NCBI GenBank assembly: GCA_002753565.1
Contig: PEAM01000002.1
Location: forward strand, 138,783 to 202,782
Direction: 5' to 3'
From: Magnetococcales bacterium
Lineage (GTDB): Bacteria > Pseudomonadota > Magnetococcia > Magnetococcales > JADFYX01
DNA: 64,000 nucleotides
Position numbers and translations under genes: made by a program. The notes beneath the pieces are model-generated. The model saw nothing but the letters and a program-made list of their open reading frames with translations. It was not told the origin of the DNA and did not search any database. Within the stretch, counting starts at the first letter, position 1. Each line of letters begins with the position of its first letter. Below, in pieces: positions 17,789 to 27,108 of the stretch.

Positions 17789-18454
17789 TTACTCTGTGGG
17801 GGGAACCACTGTCAGGCTGAAGCTTTGCCAAGATTGCATTCCCCCTCGATAATAAAAGATTTTTTCTGCCGGGTAGTTCAGCTCTAAAAGACCCCGAATA
17901 GCCGTCGGTGACTGACCGCACCAGGGGCCGTTACACCAGAGGACCAGTTTTTTGGCATCACTGAAATCCCATGTATTGTTGACCCGCTTGGCCCCCAGCC
18001 GTACCAGAGCATCTTCAATGCTGATCTCATCCGCCCCCAACGAGGGGCTGACTTCAATATAGGGAATGTTGATGGAACCAGGGATGGTCCCTCGGGCATG
18101 CCAGTCTGGGGTGCGTGCATCGATGAGCAGACCGGTACCGGCTTTTAAATCGGTCATCATGAAGTGAATCAACTCCACTTCACCCATATTGTTCACACCT
18201 GGGGCGACATGAAGCGGTTGAATGCAGAAAGGGGGGCATTTGCGCGAGGTGAGGGCAAAAGTGGGGGTAATGACGGCACGGGTGTTCTGGTTACGCATGA
18301 CGGTCACCATTTTATCCCCATGCTTGACCTCGAATTTATCAATGGAGCGGGTAATTTTAACCGCTATATTGCTTGCTGAGAGGTTAGTGCTAAACAGCCC
18401 AACAGCCCATAAAGTCGATAGCAGAGTGGTTACGAACAATAACCTGGGTTTCAT
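17789..18454 (-). CDS. Secreted rhodanese-domain protein
   Basis: Start at ATG 18454 ('MKPRLLFVTTLLSTLWAVGLFS', signal-peptide-like), preceded by GGGGGAAGG. The rhodanese active-site loop is 'LVLWCNGPWCGQS'. Confidence 0.75.
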   Translation of the reverse strand: MKPRLLFVTTLLSTLWAVGLFSTNLSASNIAVKITRSIDKFEVKHGDKMVTVMRNQNTRAVITPTFALTSRKCPPFCIQPLHVAPGVNNMGEVELIHFMMTDLKAGTGLLIDARTPDWHARGTIPGSINIPYIEVSPSLGADEISIEDALVRLGAKRVNNTWDFSDAKKLVLWCNGPWCGQSPTAIRGLLELNYPAEKIFYYRGGMQSWQSFSLTVVPPTE

Positions 18455-18736
18455 GATCAGCCTTCCCCCTTTAAACCTAGAAACAGCCATTTCTAGGTTA
18501 AACGATTAATGGATAAGATGTTTTTGAAATGTTAGCATATTTTAATATTACTGATCCCTTATTCATCTATCCAATTTACAGCAGTTTTTTATAATGTATA
18601 GATAAATTACATTTTGTTACGGAAAACCACCGGTCCATCCTATCGCAATGCTCTTGTTTGTAAAAACAAAAAAAGGGCCGTTTACAGATTTAGAGAGTGG
18701 GCGGGGAGGGGGGGATCAGGAGAGGGCGAAGAAGAG

Positions 18737-18780
18737 AACAGGCTCTGAAAAAAGGTACCTCCCTTTTTTCAGAGCCTGTT
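18737..18780 (-). terminator. 19-bp perfect hairpin downstream of tkt (putative intrinsic terminator)
   Basis: aacaggctctgaaaaaagg (18737-18755), loop tacctc, then ccttttttcagagcctgtt (18762-18780), 13 nt after the tkt stop. The arms contain A/T runs and the trailing tract is only pyrimidine-rich. Confidence 0.5.
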
Positions 18781-18793
18781 TGAGACCATTCAT

Positions 18794-20788
18794 CTATTTG
18801 TTCAACAAAGCCTTGGCTTTAGAAACCACATTTTCCACGTTGAATCCCAAGGCTTTCATGGCGACATCACCAGGTGCCGATGCGCCAAAACGGTCCAGGG
18901 TAATAAGATCTCCATGATCACCGATCCAGCGATGCCAGCCCATGGATGATCCGGCTTCAATGGCCAATCGTGCCCGAACCGAAGGGGGGAGGACCGACTG
19001 CTGGTAGGTTTGGGATTGGCTCTCAAACAGCTCCCAAGAGGGCATGGAGACAACCCGAACCTTGCGCCCCTCTTGGCTGAGTTGGGCCTGGGCCTCCAAG
19101 GCAAGAGAGACTTCGGAGCCGGTTGCCAGGAGAAGAATTTCCGCTTCACCCGCACAGTCAGAGAGTACATAAGCCCCCTTGGCGACCTGATCACGGATGG
19201 TGGGGTCTAAAACCGGGAGATTTTGTCGGGATAGTACCAGGGCGGTGGGTTTTTTCAAGGTGAGAGCCAGAGACCAGGCGGCGGCGGTCTCTTGAGCATC
19301 GGCCGGGCGCAGGGTGATGAGATCAGGGATGGTTCGCATGGCGGCCATGTGTTCCACCGGTTGATGGGTGGGACCATCTTCGCCCACAGCGATGCTGTCG
19401 TGGGTGAGGACATAGGTGACATGGGTGCCCATCAGGGCAGAGAGGCGCATGGCGCCACGCATATAGTCGGAGAAGACCAAAAAGGTGCCGCAAAAGGGAA
19501 TGACACCAGCATGCAGGGCCATACCGTTACAGATGGCGCCCATGGCATGTTCCCGAATACCAAAGTGGATGTTTCTCTCCCCTTGGCCCTCCATCCAGGT
19601 GTTGTTGGAGGGGGCCAGATCTGCCGATCCACCGATTAAGGCCGGAACCCGTACAGCCAGAGCGTTCAACGCTTTGCCCGAGGCGGATCGGGTAGCCAGT
19701 GGCTTGGGATCAAAGCTCAGTGCGTTAAGATCCTGGTTCCAATCGGCAGGAAGCTCTCCCAGCATCTGGGCCTTAAAACGGGCAGCCTCTTCGGGGAACT
19801 GGGTAGAAAAAGCTTCCAGGCGGGCTTCCCACTCGGCCTGTTGCTCTTTCCCCCGAGTCGCAACCCGGCGGCAGTGGTTCAGAGCCTCTTTTGGAATATG
19901 AAAGCGCTCTTTCGGCCATTGATAGAACGTCCGGGTCGCCTCCATGGCCTCACCCTTGAGGGGGGAGCCGTGAACGCCAGAGGTGTCAGCTTTGGGGCTG
20001 CCATAGCCGATATGGGTGCGAACAATGATAAGGGTGGGCCGCTCCTCTTCTTGTTGACCCAGACGGATGGCGCGTTCGATGGCGTCCAGATCTTCACCGT
20101 CATCCACCTGGAGGACCTGCCATTGATAGGATTCGAAACGGGTTGCGACCCCTTCACTGAAGGTCAGATCGGTCTCTCCTTCAATGGTGATCCGATTGTC
20201 GTCGTAGAGATAGATCAGTTTACCCAGACAGAGGTGCCCTGCCAGAGAGGCCGCTTCAGAGGCGATCCCTTCCATCAGATCACCATCGGAGACCAGCGCG
20301 TAGGTAAAGTGGTCGACGATAGGGAGATACTCCTGGCGATTAAAATTTTGCGCCAGATGCCGCTCAGCCATGGCCATGCCGACACCCATGGCAAACCCCT
20401 GTCCCAACGGGCCGGTGGTGGCCTCGACGCCGGGGGTGTGTCCATACTCCGGGTGGCCGGGGGTTTGACTCCCCCATTGGCGAAACTGTTTGACCTCTTG
20501 AAGAGAGAGATCGTAGCCGGTCAGATGGAGCAGACCATAGAGCAGGGCGGAGCCGTGACCGGCGGAGAGAATAAAACGGTCCCGATCCATCCAGCGGGTA
20601 TCTGCCGGGTTATGGCGCATGATACGGGTCCACAGGGTATAGGCCATGGGGGCCGCCCCAAGGGGAAGACCCGGATGGCCGGAATTGGCCTGTTCGATGG
20701 CATCGATAGCCAACATCCTCAAGGTGGTGACGGCCTGTTTTTCCAAAACGGGATTTGGCGCCTGTTTGGGGGTGGGATCTTGTGTCAT
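18794..20788 (-). CDS. tkt: Transketolase
   Basis: Start at ATG 20788 ('MTQDPTPKQ...[14 protein letters not shown]'). Motifs include 'SDGDLMEGI' (TPP binding) and '[15 protein letters not shown]'. The annotated CDS is 664 aa. Confidence 0.9.
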   Translation of the reverse strand: MTQDPTPKQAPNPVLEKQAVTTLRMLAIDAIEQANSGHPGLPLGAAPMAYTLWTRIMRHNPADTRWMDRDRFILSAGHGSALLYGLLHLTGYDLSLQEVKQFRQWGSQTPGHPEYGHTPGVEATTGPLGQGFAMGVGMAMAERHLAQNFNRQEYLPIVDHFTYALVSDGDLMEGIASEAASLAGHLCLGKLIYLYDDNRITIEGETDLTFSEGVATRFESYQWQVLQVDDGEDLDAIERAIRLGQQEEERPTLIIVRTHIGYGSPKADTSGVHGSPLKGEAMEATRTFYQWPKERFHIPKEALNHCRRVATRGKEQQAEWEARLEAFSTQFPEEAARFKAQMLGELPADWNQDLNALSFDPKPLATRSASGKALNALAVRVPALIGGSADLAPSNNTWMEGQGERNIHFGIREHAMGAICNGMALHAGVIPFCGTFLVFSDYMRGAMRLSALMGTHVTYVLTHDSIAVGEDGPTHQPVEHMAAMRTIPDLITLRPADAQETAAAWSLALTLKKPTALVLSRQNLPVLDPTIRDQVAKGAYVLSDCAGEAEILLLATGSEVSLALEAQAQLSQEGRKVRVVSMPSWELFESQSQTYQQSVLPPSVRARLAIEAGSSMGWHRWIGDHGDLITLDRFGASAPGDVAMKALGFNVENVVSKAKALLNK

Positions 20789-21008
20789 AATAGGGGTTTC
20801 CAGTTGGTAGCCAGTAGATTCTTGATTTGCCGGGTTCTCTCCTTCTTGTTTGAGAGTGGGGACTATGTAACATATTTTGCCAGAAACCAAAATGCCCAAT
20901 CATAAAATTGACGGCGGCATGCTGGGTCAACCAGCAGCCGGAGGTGGATGGATGGGGAGCGAAGAGGGGTAGAATACTGGACAAATTAGCGCAAAAAAGG
21001 CTATACCA

Positions 21009-22589
21009 ATGGTCGGAGACCAGGGTAGAAAATATTCATCGATCGAGGGGGGAGAGAAAATCTTGAGTGACAATAAAATCCAGACATTGAAGGAGATCAG
21101 GGAGACCGCCGCGCGGCTTCGTGCCGCAGGGGACCGGATCGCCCACTGTCATGGAACCTTCGATCTGCTCCATCCCGGCCATCTCCGCCACCTGAAGCGG
21201 GCCAGCGAGGAGGGCGATCGTCTGATCGTTACCCTGACGGCGGACCGGTTTGTCTCCAAAGGACCGGGACGCCCCGCCTTTCCCGAACAGCTTCGGGCGG
21301 AGAGTATCGCTGCCTTGGCGTGTGTCGATTATGTCTGCATCATTGCAGAGACCACCGGCATTCCCGCAATCGAAGCCATCCGCCCGGCGGTTTATGTCAA
21401 GGGGAGTGACTACAAACAGGCCAGCCAGGATGTGACCGGCAATATTCTTCGGGAAAAAAAAGCCGTCGAGTCCTTTGGTGGCAAGATCGCCTATACCGAC
21501 GAGATAACCTTTAGCTCCAGCAGTCTGCTCAATCAACATTTCGATCTTTTCTCCCCAACCGTCAAAGAGTATCTGCGCAAATTCAAATTGGTGCACACCC
21601 CGGAGGCGGTAACCGAGCAGATTCAGAACCTCAAAGATTTGCGGGTACTGGTGGTGGGTGAGGCGATTATCGATGAATATTGTTCTGTCAAGCCCATGGG
21701 GGTAACGGGAAAGAATATCGATGTTCTGTCGTCACAATATGACTCCCTGGAGCGGTTTGCCGGTGGCTCACTGGCGGTAGCCAACCATCTGGCCGGCTAT
21801 GTGGAGGAGGTCGCCCTGGTGACCGGGTTGGGGAAAAATGATCCGCACGAACCCTTTATCCGCGCCAAACTGGCTGACAACATCCAGCCGACCTTTTTCT
21901 ACTATGAAGATGCGCCGACCCTGGTCAAGCGTCGGTTTGTCGATGAGAGCATCAGCAAGCTTTTCGAGATCTATTTCTATGATCCCGCCCCACTGACGGC
22001 CGATCTGGAACAGGAGATCTGCCGGTGGATTGAGACCCATGCCGCCAACTATGATGCGGTGATCGTTCCCGACTACGGTAACGGTTTTATCTCGGAGCCC
22101 ATGGTGGAGCGGCTCTGTCGCCATGCGGGATTTTTGGCGGTCAATACTCAGATCAACAGCGGAAACCGGGGCTATCATGTCATTACCCGCTACGCTCGGG
22201 CTGACTATATCTCCCTGAATATTCCAGAAATCCGTCTGGCGGCCCACAACCGCCACGCCCCTCTGGAAGATCTGGTCATAGAGATTGGCAAACAGCTTGA
22301 TGCCTCCTCTTTTTCTGCCACGTTGGGGGCGGATGGGGCGATGATGATGGATGTGGAGAAGGGGCTTTCCCTCTCCATTCCCGCTCTTTCAACCACGGTG
22401 GTAGACCGTATCGGGGCTGGGGACAGCTATTTTGCCCTGACCAGTCTCTGCCTGGCCCAGGGGGGAGACCGGGAGATGGCGCTCTTTTTGGGGAGTGCGG
22501 CAGCGGCGTTGGATGTGCGTATTGTCTGCAACAGAGAGCCGGTTGATCCGGTTTCCCTGCATAAATTTACCTCCACCCTCTTAAAATGA
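21009..22589 (+). CDS. Bifunctional nucleotidyltransferase (N-terminal) / PfkB-family sugar kinase (C-terminal), HldE-like with reversed domain order
   Basis: 526 aa. The N-terminus has 'HCHGTFDLLHPGHLRHLKRA' (cytidylyltransferase-like HxGH). The C-terminus has 'VLVVGEAIIDEY' and 'DRIGAGDSYFA' (PfkB/ribokinase signatures). Confidence 0.8.
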   Translation: MVGDQGRKYSSIEGGEKILSDNKIQTLKEIRETAARLRAAGDRIAHCHGTFDLLHPGHLRHLKRASEEGDRLIVTLTADRFVSKGPGRPAFPEQLRAESIAALACVDYVCIIAETTGIPAIEAIRPAVYVKGSDYKQASQDVTGNILREKKAVESFGGKIAYTDEITFSSSSLLNQHFDLFSPTVKEYLRKFKLVHTPEAVTEQIQNLKDLRVLVVGEAIIDEYCSVKPMGVTGKNIDVLSSQYDSLERFAGGSLAVANHLAGYVEEVALVTGLGKNDPHEPFIRAKLADNIQPTFFYYEDAPTLVKRRFVDESISKLFEIYFYDPAPLTADLEQEICRWIETHAANYDAVIVPDYGNGFISEPMVERLCRHAGFLAVNTQINSGNRGYHVITRYARADYISLNIPEIRLAAHNRHAPLEDLVIEIGKQLDASSFSATLGADGAMMMDVEKGLSLSIPALSTTVVDRIGAGDSYFALTSLCLAQGGDREMALFLGSAAAALDVRIVCNREPVDPVSLHKFTSTLLK

Positions 22590-23452
22590 GCAGACTCGGG
22601 CAAGGAGCTGTTCTCTTCATGGGGCTGTTTTTTGCCCTGTTTGCAGGTGGCGTATTTCATCCTGCCCAGGGCGAAACTCTGGCAGATCTGACCGGTCTGG
22701 CCATCATGCAGAGTGTCTCTGATCGGCAGTTTCGTCCCTTCGAGTTTGAACAGTTGACCATTACCCGAACCCGTGGCGACGGAACCCAGGTTGTGCGAAA
22801 GGGGCGTCGCTACACCCGCTTGGAGAAGGGGGAGGGGGGGGTTAGTCGCTATTTGCTGGTCTTTGACCAGCCGGAAGCCATTAAAGGGGTTGCCTTTCTT
22901 ATTCGGCATCTGCCCGGTGGTATCCAGGGCCATTGGGTCTATCTGCCGGCTTTGGGGCAGCGGATGCACCGTGTCTTTGGTGATGGGGGTGGGGGAATAT
23001 TTGATACCGATTTTAGTGTGGAAGATTTAGCCAACGAGGATTATTCCCGCTTTGTCTATCAACGTCTGGCCGATGCCATGCACAAAAAGCGGCCTCATTT
23101 TGTCATTGAGGCCCGCTCGGCCAAAAGTAAGGGGCGGTGGCCTTCCCATTATGGTTCACGGCGGATCTTTATTGATCGGGAGCACTATCGAATCACCCGT
23201 ATCGACTATTATGATCGCAGTGGGGTGTTGTTGAAAAGGCGAACCAACCGCAGCGGAGGCACAAAGGATGCGGGTATTGGTTGGCGACCTGAGACCATTC
23301 GCATGGAGAATCTGCAAGACAAAACAAAAACCACCCTTCAAACCACCCGACGTCTCTATTCTGAGGAGTGGGTGCCAGAGCACTATTTTTCCCGAGATAA
23401 GATTGTCAAAGGGGTATTGATGGAAAAAAAGCAGGTCAAACACCCTCAGTAG
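22586..23452 (+). CDS. LolA-like outer-membrane lipoprotein-sorting family protein (periplasmic)
   Basis: 288 aa with a signal-like N-terminus 'AVLFMGLFFALFAGG'. 'YLLVFDQPEAIKGVAFL...WVYLPALGQ..RV' resembles the LolA-like family often found next to MMPL/RND exporters. Its ATG overlaps the upstream stop (ATGA 22586-22589). Confidence 0.65.
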   Translation: MSRLGQGAVLFMGLFFALFAGGVFHPAQGETLADLTGLAIMQSVSDRQFRPFEFEQLTITRTRGDGTQVVRKGRRYTRLEKGEGGVSRYLLVFDQPEAIKGVAFLIRHLPGGIQGHWVYLPALGQRMHRVFGDGGGGIFDTDFSVEDLANEDYSRFVYQRLADAMHKKRPHFVIEARSAKSKGRWPSHYGSRRIFIDREHYRITRIDYYDRSGVLLKRRTNRSGGTKDAGIGWRPETIRMENLQDKTKTTLQTTRRLYSEEWVPEHYFSRDKIVKGVLMEKKQVKHPQ

Positions 23453-23460
23453 AGGGGGGG

Positions 23461-26241
23461 CTAATGGCCCTTTTTGTGGGGCTTCTCCGGCTTGGACTCC
23501 ACGGTTTTTCTCGCCAGGACATCCGCGAGCCGATTACCCAGCACCCGGCTGATGTTCAGGTTGAGTTTAGCCGCAATCTGGGGAAAAAATTTCATCCCCT
23601 GTTGCAGTTGGTCAAAGTCGAAGACCAGAATTTCTACCGGTTCCAGTGCTTGAATGTTGGCGACCCGTCGGGTGGCACGGATAAAGCCGATTTCGCCGAA
23701 AATCTGACCGGGCGTCAGCACGGCCACCCGATGCATGCCCCCTTCTCCCTCTTTTTGGATCAGCACCTCTACCGAGCCGGATAGAATCAGGCCCAGACTT
23801 TTGCCCACCGCCCCCTGGCGCATGAGAATATCACCGGTATTAAATAGCTTCAGCTCGGAGATCAGAATGGTTTTTTTCACTTCGAACAGAGACATGCCAT
23901 GAAAAAGAGGACTCTTTTCCACCACATCTCCACGGACCTTCAACGCCAGAATCTGAGCAAAACCGATCAGACGAACCCGACGCATGATGATGGGGGTGAT
24001 GAGCAGGTCGGCAATCACCGCAAAAAAGAGGGTGGCGGCTGAGAGCTGGCCAAATTGGGCGATGATGGTAAAATTGGAGTAGCTGAGAACCAAAAACCCC
24101 AACATCAGAGAGAGGCTGGTGGAGATCACCGGAATGGCCTCATCCCGAATGGTTTGCCGTACGGCCTGCTCTCGATTGGAGGTGTTGCGGCACTCTTCCA
24201 TATAGCGGGAGAGCAGATGGATGGTGTCATCCACAGCGATGCCGATGGCGATGACCGCCACCATGGCTGTCCCTGGGTTGATGGGCAGATCCAGCAGCCC
24301 CATGATACCAAAAACCAGGATAATGGGAATGAGATTGGGAACCAGAGAGATGAATCCACCCTTCAAAGAGGTGAATAGCAGCGACATGAGAATAAAAATC
24401 ACCACCAACAGCAGCCCCAGAGACTGAATCTGGGCTGCGATCAGATCATCAGCCGCTGCATTGATCATCAGGTTTTCTCCCAGCACCGAGGCAGAGATAC
24501 CGGCACCTGCCATGAGCTGAGCCGCTTTTTTCAACGCACCAACCAGAAGATTGAGCTCGTGGGAGTCGTTGATATTGTGCCGGACGACAATATTAGCGGA
24601 AGAAAAGTCGGCACTTACCAGGGAGGAGATCTCTTTGCGGGAGAGGAACAGGAGGTATTGCTCAACCAGGTTTTGTGAATCCGGCACCTTGAACTGGCTG
24701 GCATGCCCCTTGTGAAACGCCTGATTCATCAAAGAGAGCAGGTCGGCCAGAGAGAGGCTGGAGTCGTGTTGATCCTGCTGGTCGAGCCATGCCTGGATTT
24801 TGGAGAGGCGAAGCAGATTCTCCGGGTTTTTGAAGGTATCGGCAGAGTCACTTTTCAGGTGGATGAAAAAGGTCTTTACCCCGGCAAAATCTTCATGAAT
24901 TTTTTCGGTGTGGATGATCAGGGGCTGATCTTCATGAAAATAGGAGAGGGGGTCGTTGGTGACGTGAAGAGTGGTGGCGTGGTGGAGAAAAAACAGCACC
25001 AGCCCGGCGGTGATGATCAGGGTGATCCGGCCATGACGGTGGATGATGCGGTCGAAAAGTCGGATGACCAACCCGGCCACCCCAAAAATCTGACCGTTTT
25101 TTCCCATCATCTTGGAGCGGGTCGGTCCAAAAACCGACAGTATCATGGGGGTCAGCAACAGAGTAACCACCCCATTGAAGGTGATGGCCAGGGCAGCCGC
25201 CAGGGCAAAATCACGGATCATTTCAATTTCGCTGAGCATATTACTGAAAAAACCCAACCCCGTGGTTGTCAGGGTCAGGAGAAGTGGTAGCCCGATGCGG
25301 CGGAGCATGCTGCGGACAGCCTGCAGACGGTTTTTCTTCTTCTGTTCGGTGACCTCTCCCAGGTAAGAGGAGAGCATGTGGGTATCCTCTGTCGCCCCGA
25401 TAACCAGCACCAAAGAGGGGATCATGGCGGTGAGAACATTGATGGGTATGCCAAACCAGCCCATGGTTCCAAAGGTCCATAACAGGCTGATCAGTGAGGT
25501 GAGAACCGGTAAAAGGGCGGCAAACAGCGAGCCCATGAGAAAGGTGATGGAGAGCGCCAGAACCAAGGCGCTGATCGGGGCCAACAGAAGGAGATCATCA
25601 ATGATATTCTGTTTTAACTCTTCACTCAGGCGGGGGGAGCCGACCTGGAAAATCTCTTGGAAGCTGGACTGATGCTCTTTGATGATCCCTTCTATGGCCT
25701 GATAGGCGTTGAAGTCAAAAATTTTATTCCACTTCTGCTCTTCATAGCTGACAATCAAAGCGGCGGCCAGACCATCGTCGGAGATAATCTGCCCGGCCAA
25801 CAGGGGGTTGCGCAGGGCATTTTCCCTGGCTCTGCTAATCTCAAAAGGGTCAGTGGGGTTTTCGGAGAGCAGAGAGCCAAAAGAGAGCGCCCCTTCAGAA
25901 AAACGGATGGAACGGGCGTTGATGATGCTATCGACCTTGGTGACAAAAGAGAGTTTTTCCAGGGTCTGGTGAATCTGGGTCAGAGCCGCCAGCTTGTCCG
26001 GGTGCCAAAGTTCTGCATCCCGGAGATAGAGAATAATTTTACTGTCGGAGCCAAATTTTTCCACCACCTCCTCATAGAGGGAACGGTCCGGAGCGCTGTC
26101 TCCAGCCAGACTAGCCAGGTTGGTCTCTATACGAATATAGACGAGTCCGTAGGCGGAAACAGCGGTAATGATGGTCAATAGAATCAGGGAGACCACACGG
26201 TGCCGTGTTCCGATCAGGAGCGTTTCAATGATTCTATCCAT
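23461..26241 (-). CDS. MMPL/RND-superfamily exporter fused to C-terminal cyclic-nucleotide-binding domain
   Basis: 926 aa with two 6-TM bundles separated by large loops (MMPL/RND topology). The C-terminal ~150 aa, 'GDILMRQGAVGKSLGLILSGSVEV...GQIFGEIGFIRATRRVANIQA', is CAP/cNMP-binding-like. Confidence 0.85.
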   Translation of the reverse strand: MDRIIETLLIGTRHRVVSLILLTIITAVSAYGLVYIRIETNLASLAGDSAPDRSLYEEVVEKFGSDSKIILYLRDAELWHPDKLAALTQIHQTLEKLSFVTKVDSIINARSIRFSEGALSFGSLLSENPTDPFEISRARENALRNPLLAGQIISDDGLAAALIVSYEEQKWNKIFDFNAYQAIEGIIKEHQSSFQEIFQVGSPRLSEELKQNIIDDLLLLAPISALVLALSITFLMGSLFAALLPVLTSLISLLWTFGTMGWFGIPINVLTAMIPSLVLVIGATEDTHMLSSYLGEVTEQKKKNRLQAVRSMLRRIGLPLLLTLTTTGLGFFSNMLSEIEMIRDFALAAALAITFNGVVTLLLTPMILSVFGPTRSKMMGKNGQIFGVAGLVIRLFDRIIHRHGRITLIITAGLVLFFLHHATTLHVTNDPLSYFHEDQPLIIHTEKIHEDFAGVKTFFIHLKSDSADTFKNPENLLRLSKIQAWLDQQDQHDSSLSLADLLSLMNQAFHKGHASQFKVPDSQNLVEQYLLFLSRKEISSLVSADFSSANIVVRHNINDSHELNLLVGALKKAAQLMAGAGISASVLGENLMINAAADDLIAAQIQSLGLLLVVIFILMSLLFTSLKGGFISLVPNLIPIILVFGIMGLLDLPINPGTAMVAVIAIGIAVDDTIHLLSRYMEECRNTSNREQAVRQTIRDEAIPVISTSLSLMLGFLVLSYSNFTIIAQFGQLSAATLFFAVIADLLITPIIMRRVRLIGFAQILALKVRGDVVEKSPLFHGMSLFEVKKTILISELKLFNTGDILMRQGAVGKSLGLILSGSVEVLIQKEGEGGMHRVAVLTPGQIFGEIGFIRATRRVANIQALEPVEILVFDFDQLQQGMKFFPQIAAKLNLNISRVLGNRLADVLARKTVESKPEKPHKKGH

Positions 26242-26466
26242 ACTGTCCCATCGGCTGAAATGGCTGGAAGAGACCCAAATAACCCATTGATTATTCTTAT
26301 GCCAAAGGGAACGGTATAGGACAACATCGGCAGAATCAATTTATTAAATGAACACGCCTCTCCAAAGTCTCGAAAGAGCCTTTACCGGCAGGCAGATGGC
26401 CGGTTCATTTCAAACTTTTGATCGTAAGGGGTTTTTGCCGGGGGAAGAGTGGCATACAATGGCAGG

Positions 26467-27108
26467 ATGAGTATGCATGAACCAGCCAACGCCGACAGGC
26501 TTCCCCTGATGGCCTGCCATGAGTGTGATCATCTCTACCGTCTCCCCAACCTGGCAGATCGGAGTCTGGCCCGTTGCCAGCGCTGTGGTACCATCTTGGC
26601 CAGGGGCATGAAGAACAGCCTGGATAAAACCCTGGCCTACACCCTGACGGCCCTGGTCCTTTTTATGATTGCCAACACCTATCCCATTTTGGGGTTGAAG
26701 GCGGCGGGGCAGGAGCAGCACTACACCCTTTTTTCCGGGGCGTTGGTTTTGGTCCAGTATAATCTGTGGGAGGTCTCTGTAACGGTTTTCCTGACCAGTA
26801 TTCTCTTTCCTCTTCTGCATATCCTGGGGTTGCTCTATACGCTGCTCCCCCTCAGAGGGGCACGGCTTCCCCGCTATTTTATTCCGGTGTTCAAGGTGGC
26901 TCTTTCTACCCTCCCTTGGAGCATGGTCGGCGTCTACATGTTGGGCGTGTTGGTCTCCATCGTCAAGCTGGCCGATCTGGCAACGGTAGTGCCCGGTTTG
27001 GGGCTGTATGCACTGGTTGGGCTGTTATTGGCTTCGGTGGCGGCAGCGGCCTCTCTCGATCCGCTCTCTATCTGGCAGCTGGCCGACCGGCTGCGGAGAG
27101 AGCGGTGA
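26467..27108 (+). CDS. pqiA: Paraquat-inducible protein A, half-size (N-terminal-repeat equivalent)
   Basis: Zinc-ribbon 'CHECDHLY...CQRCGT' followed by 4 TM helices. I placed the start at ATG 26467; the ORF track starts at GTG 26449. Confidence 0.75.
   Translation: MSMHEPANADRLPLMACHECDHLYRLPNLADRSLARCQRCGTILARGMKNSLDKTLAYTLTALVLFMIANTYPILGLKAAGQEQHYTLFSGALVLVQYNLWEVSVTVFLTSILFPLLHILGLLYTLLPLRGARLPRYFIPVFKVALSTLPWSMVGVYMLGVLVSIVKLADLATVVPGLGLYALVGLLLASVAAAASLDPLSIWQLADRLRRER

Noticed and set aside
23453-23460. A G7 homopolymer in the 8-nt spacer between convergent stop codons, considered as a possible phase-variation tract.
   Set aside because: It is intergenic, so length changes would not shift either reading frame. 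It is noted only as context for the MMPL/LolA-like finding.
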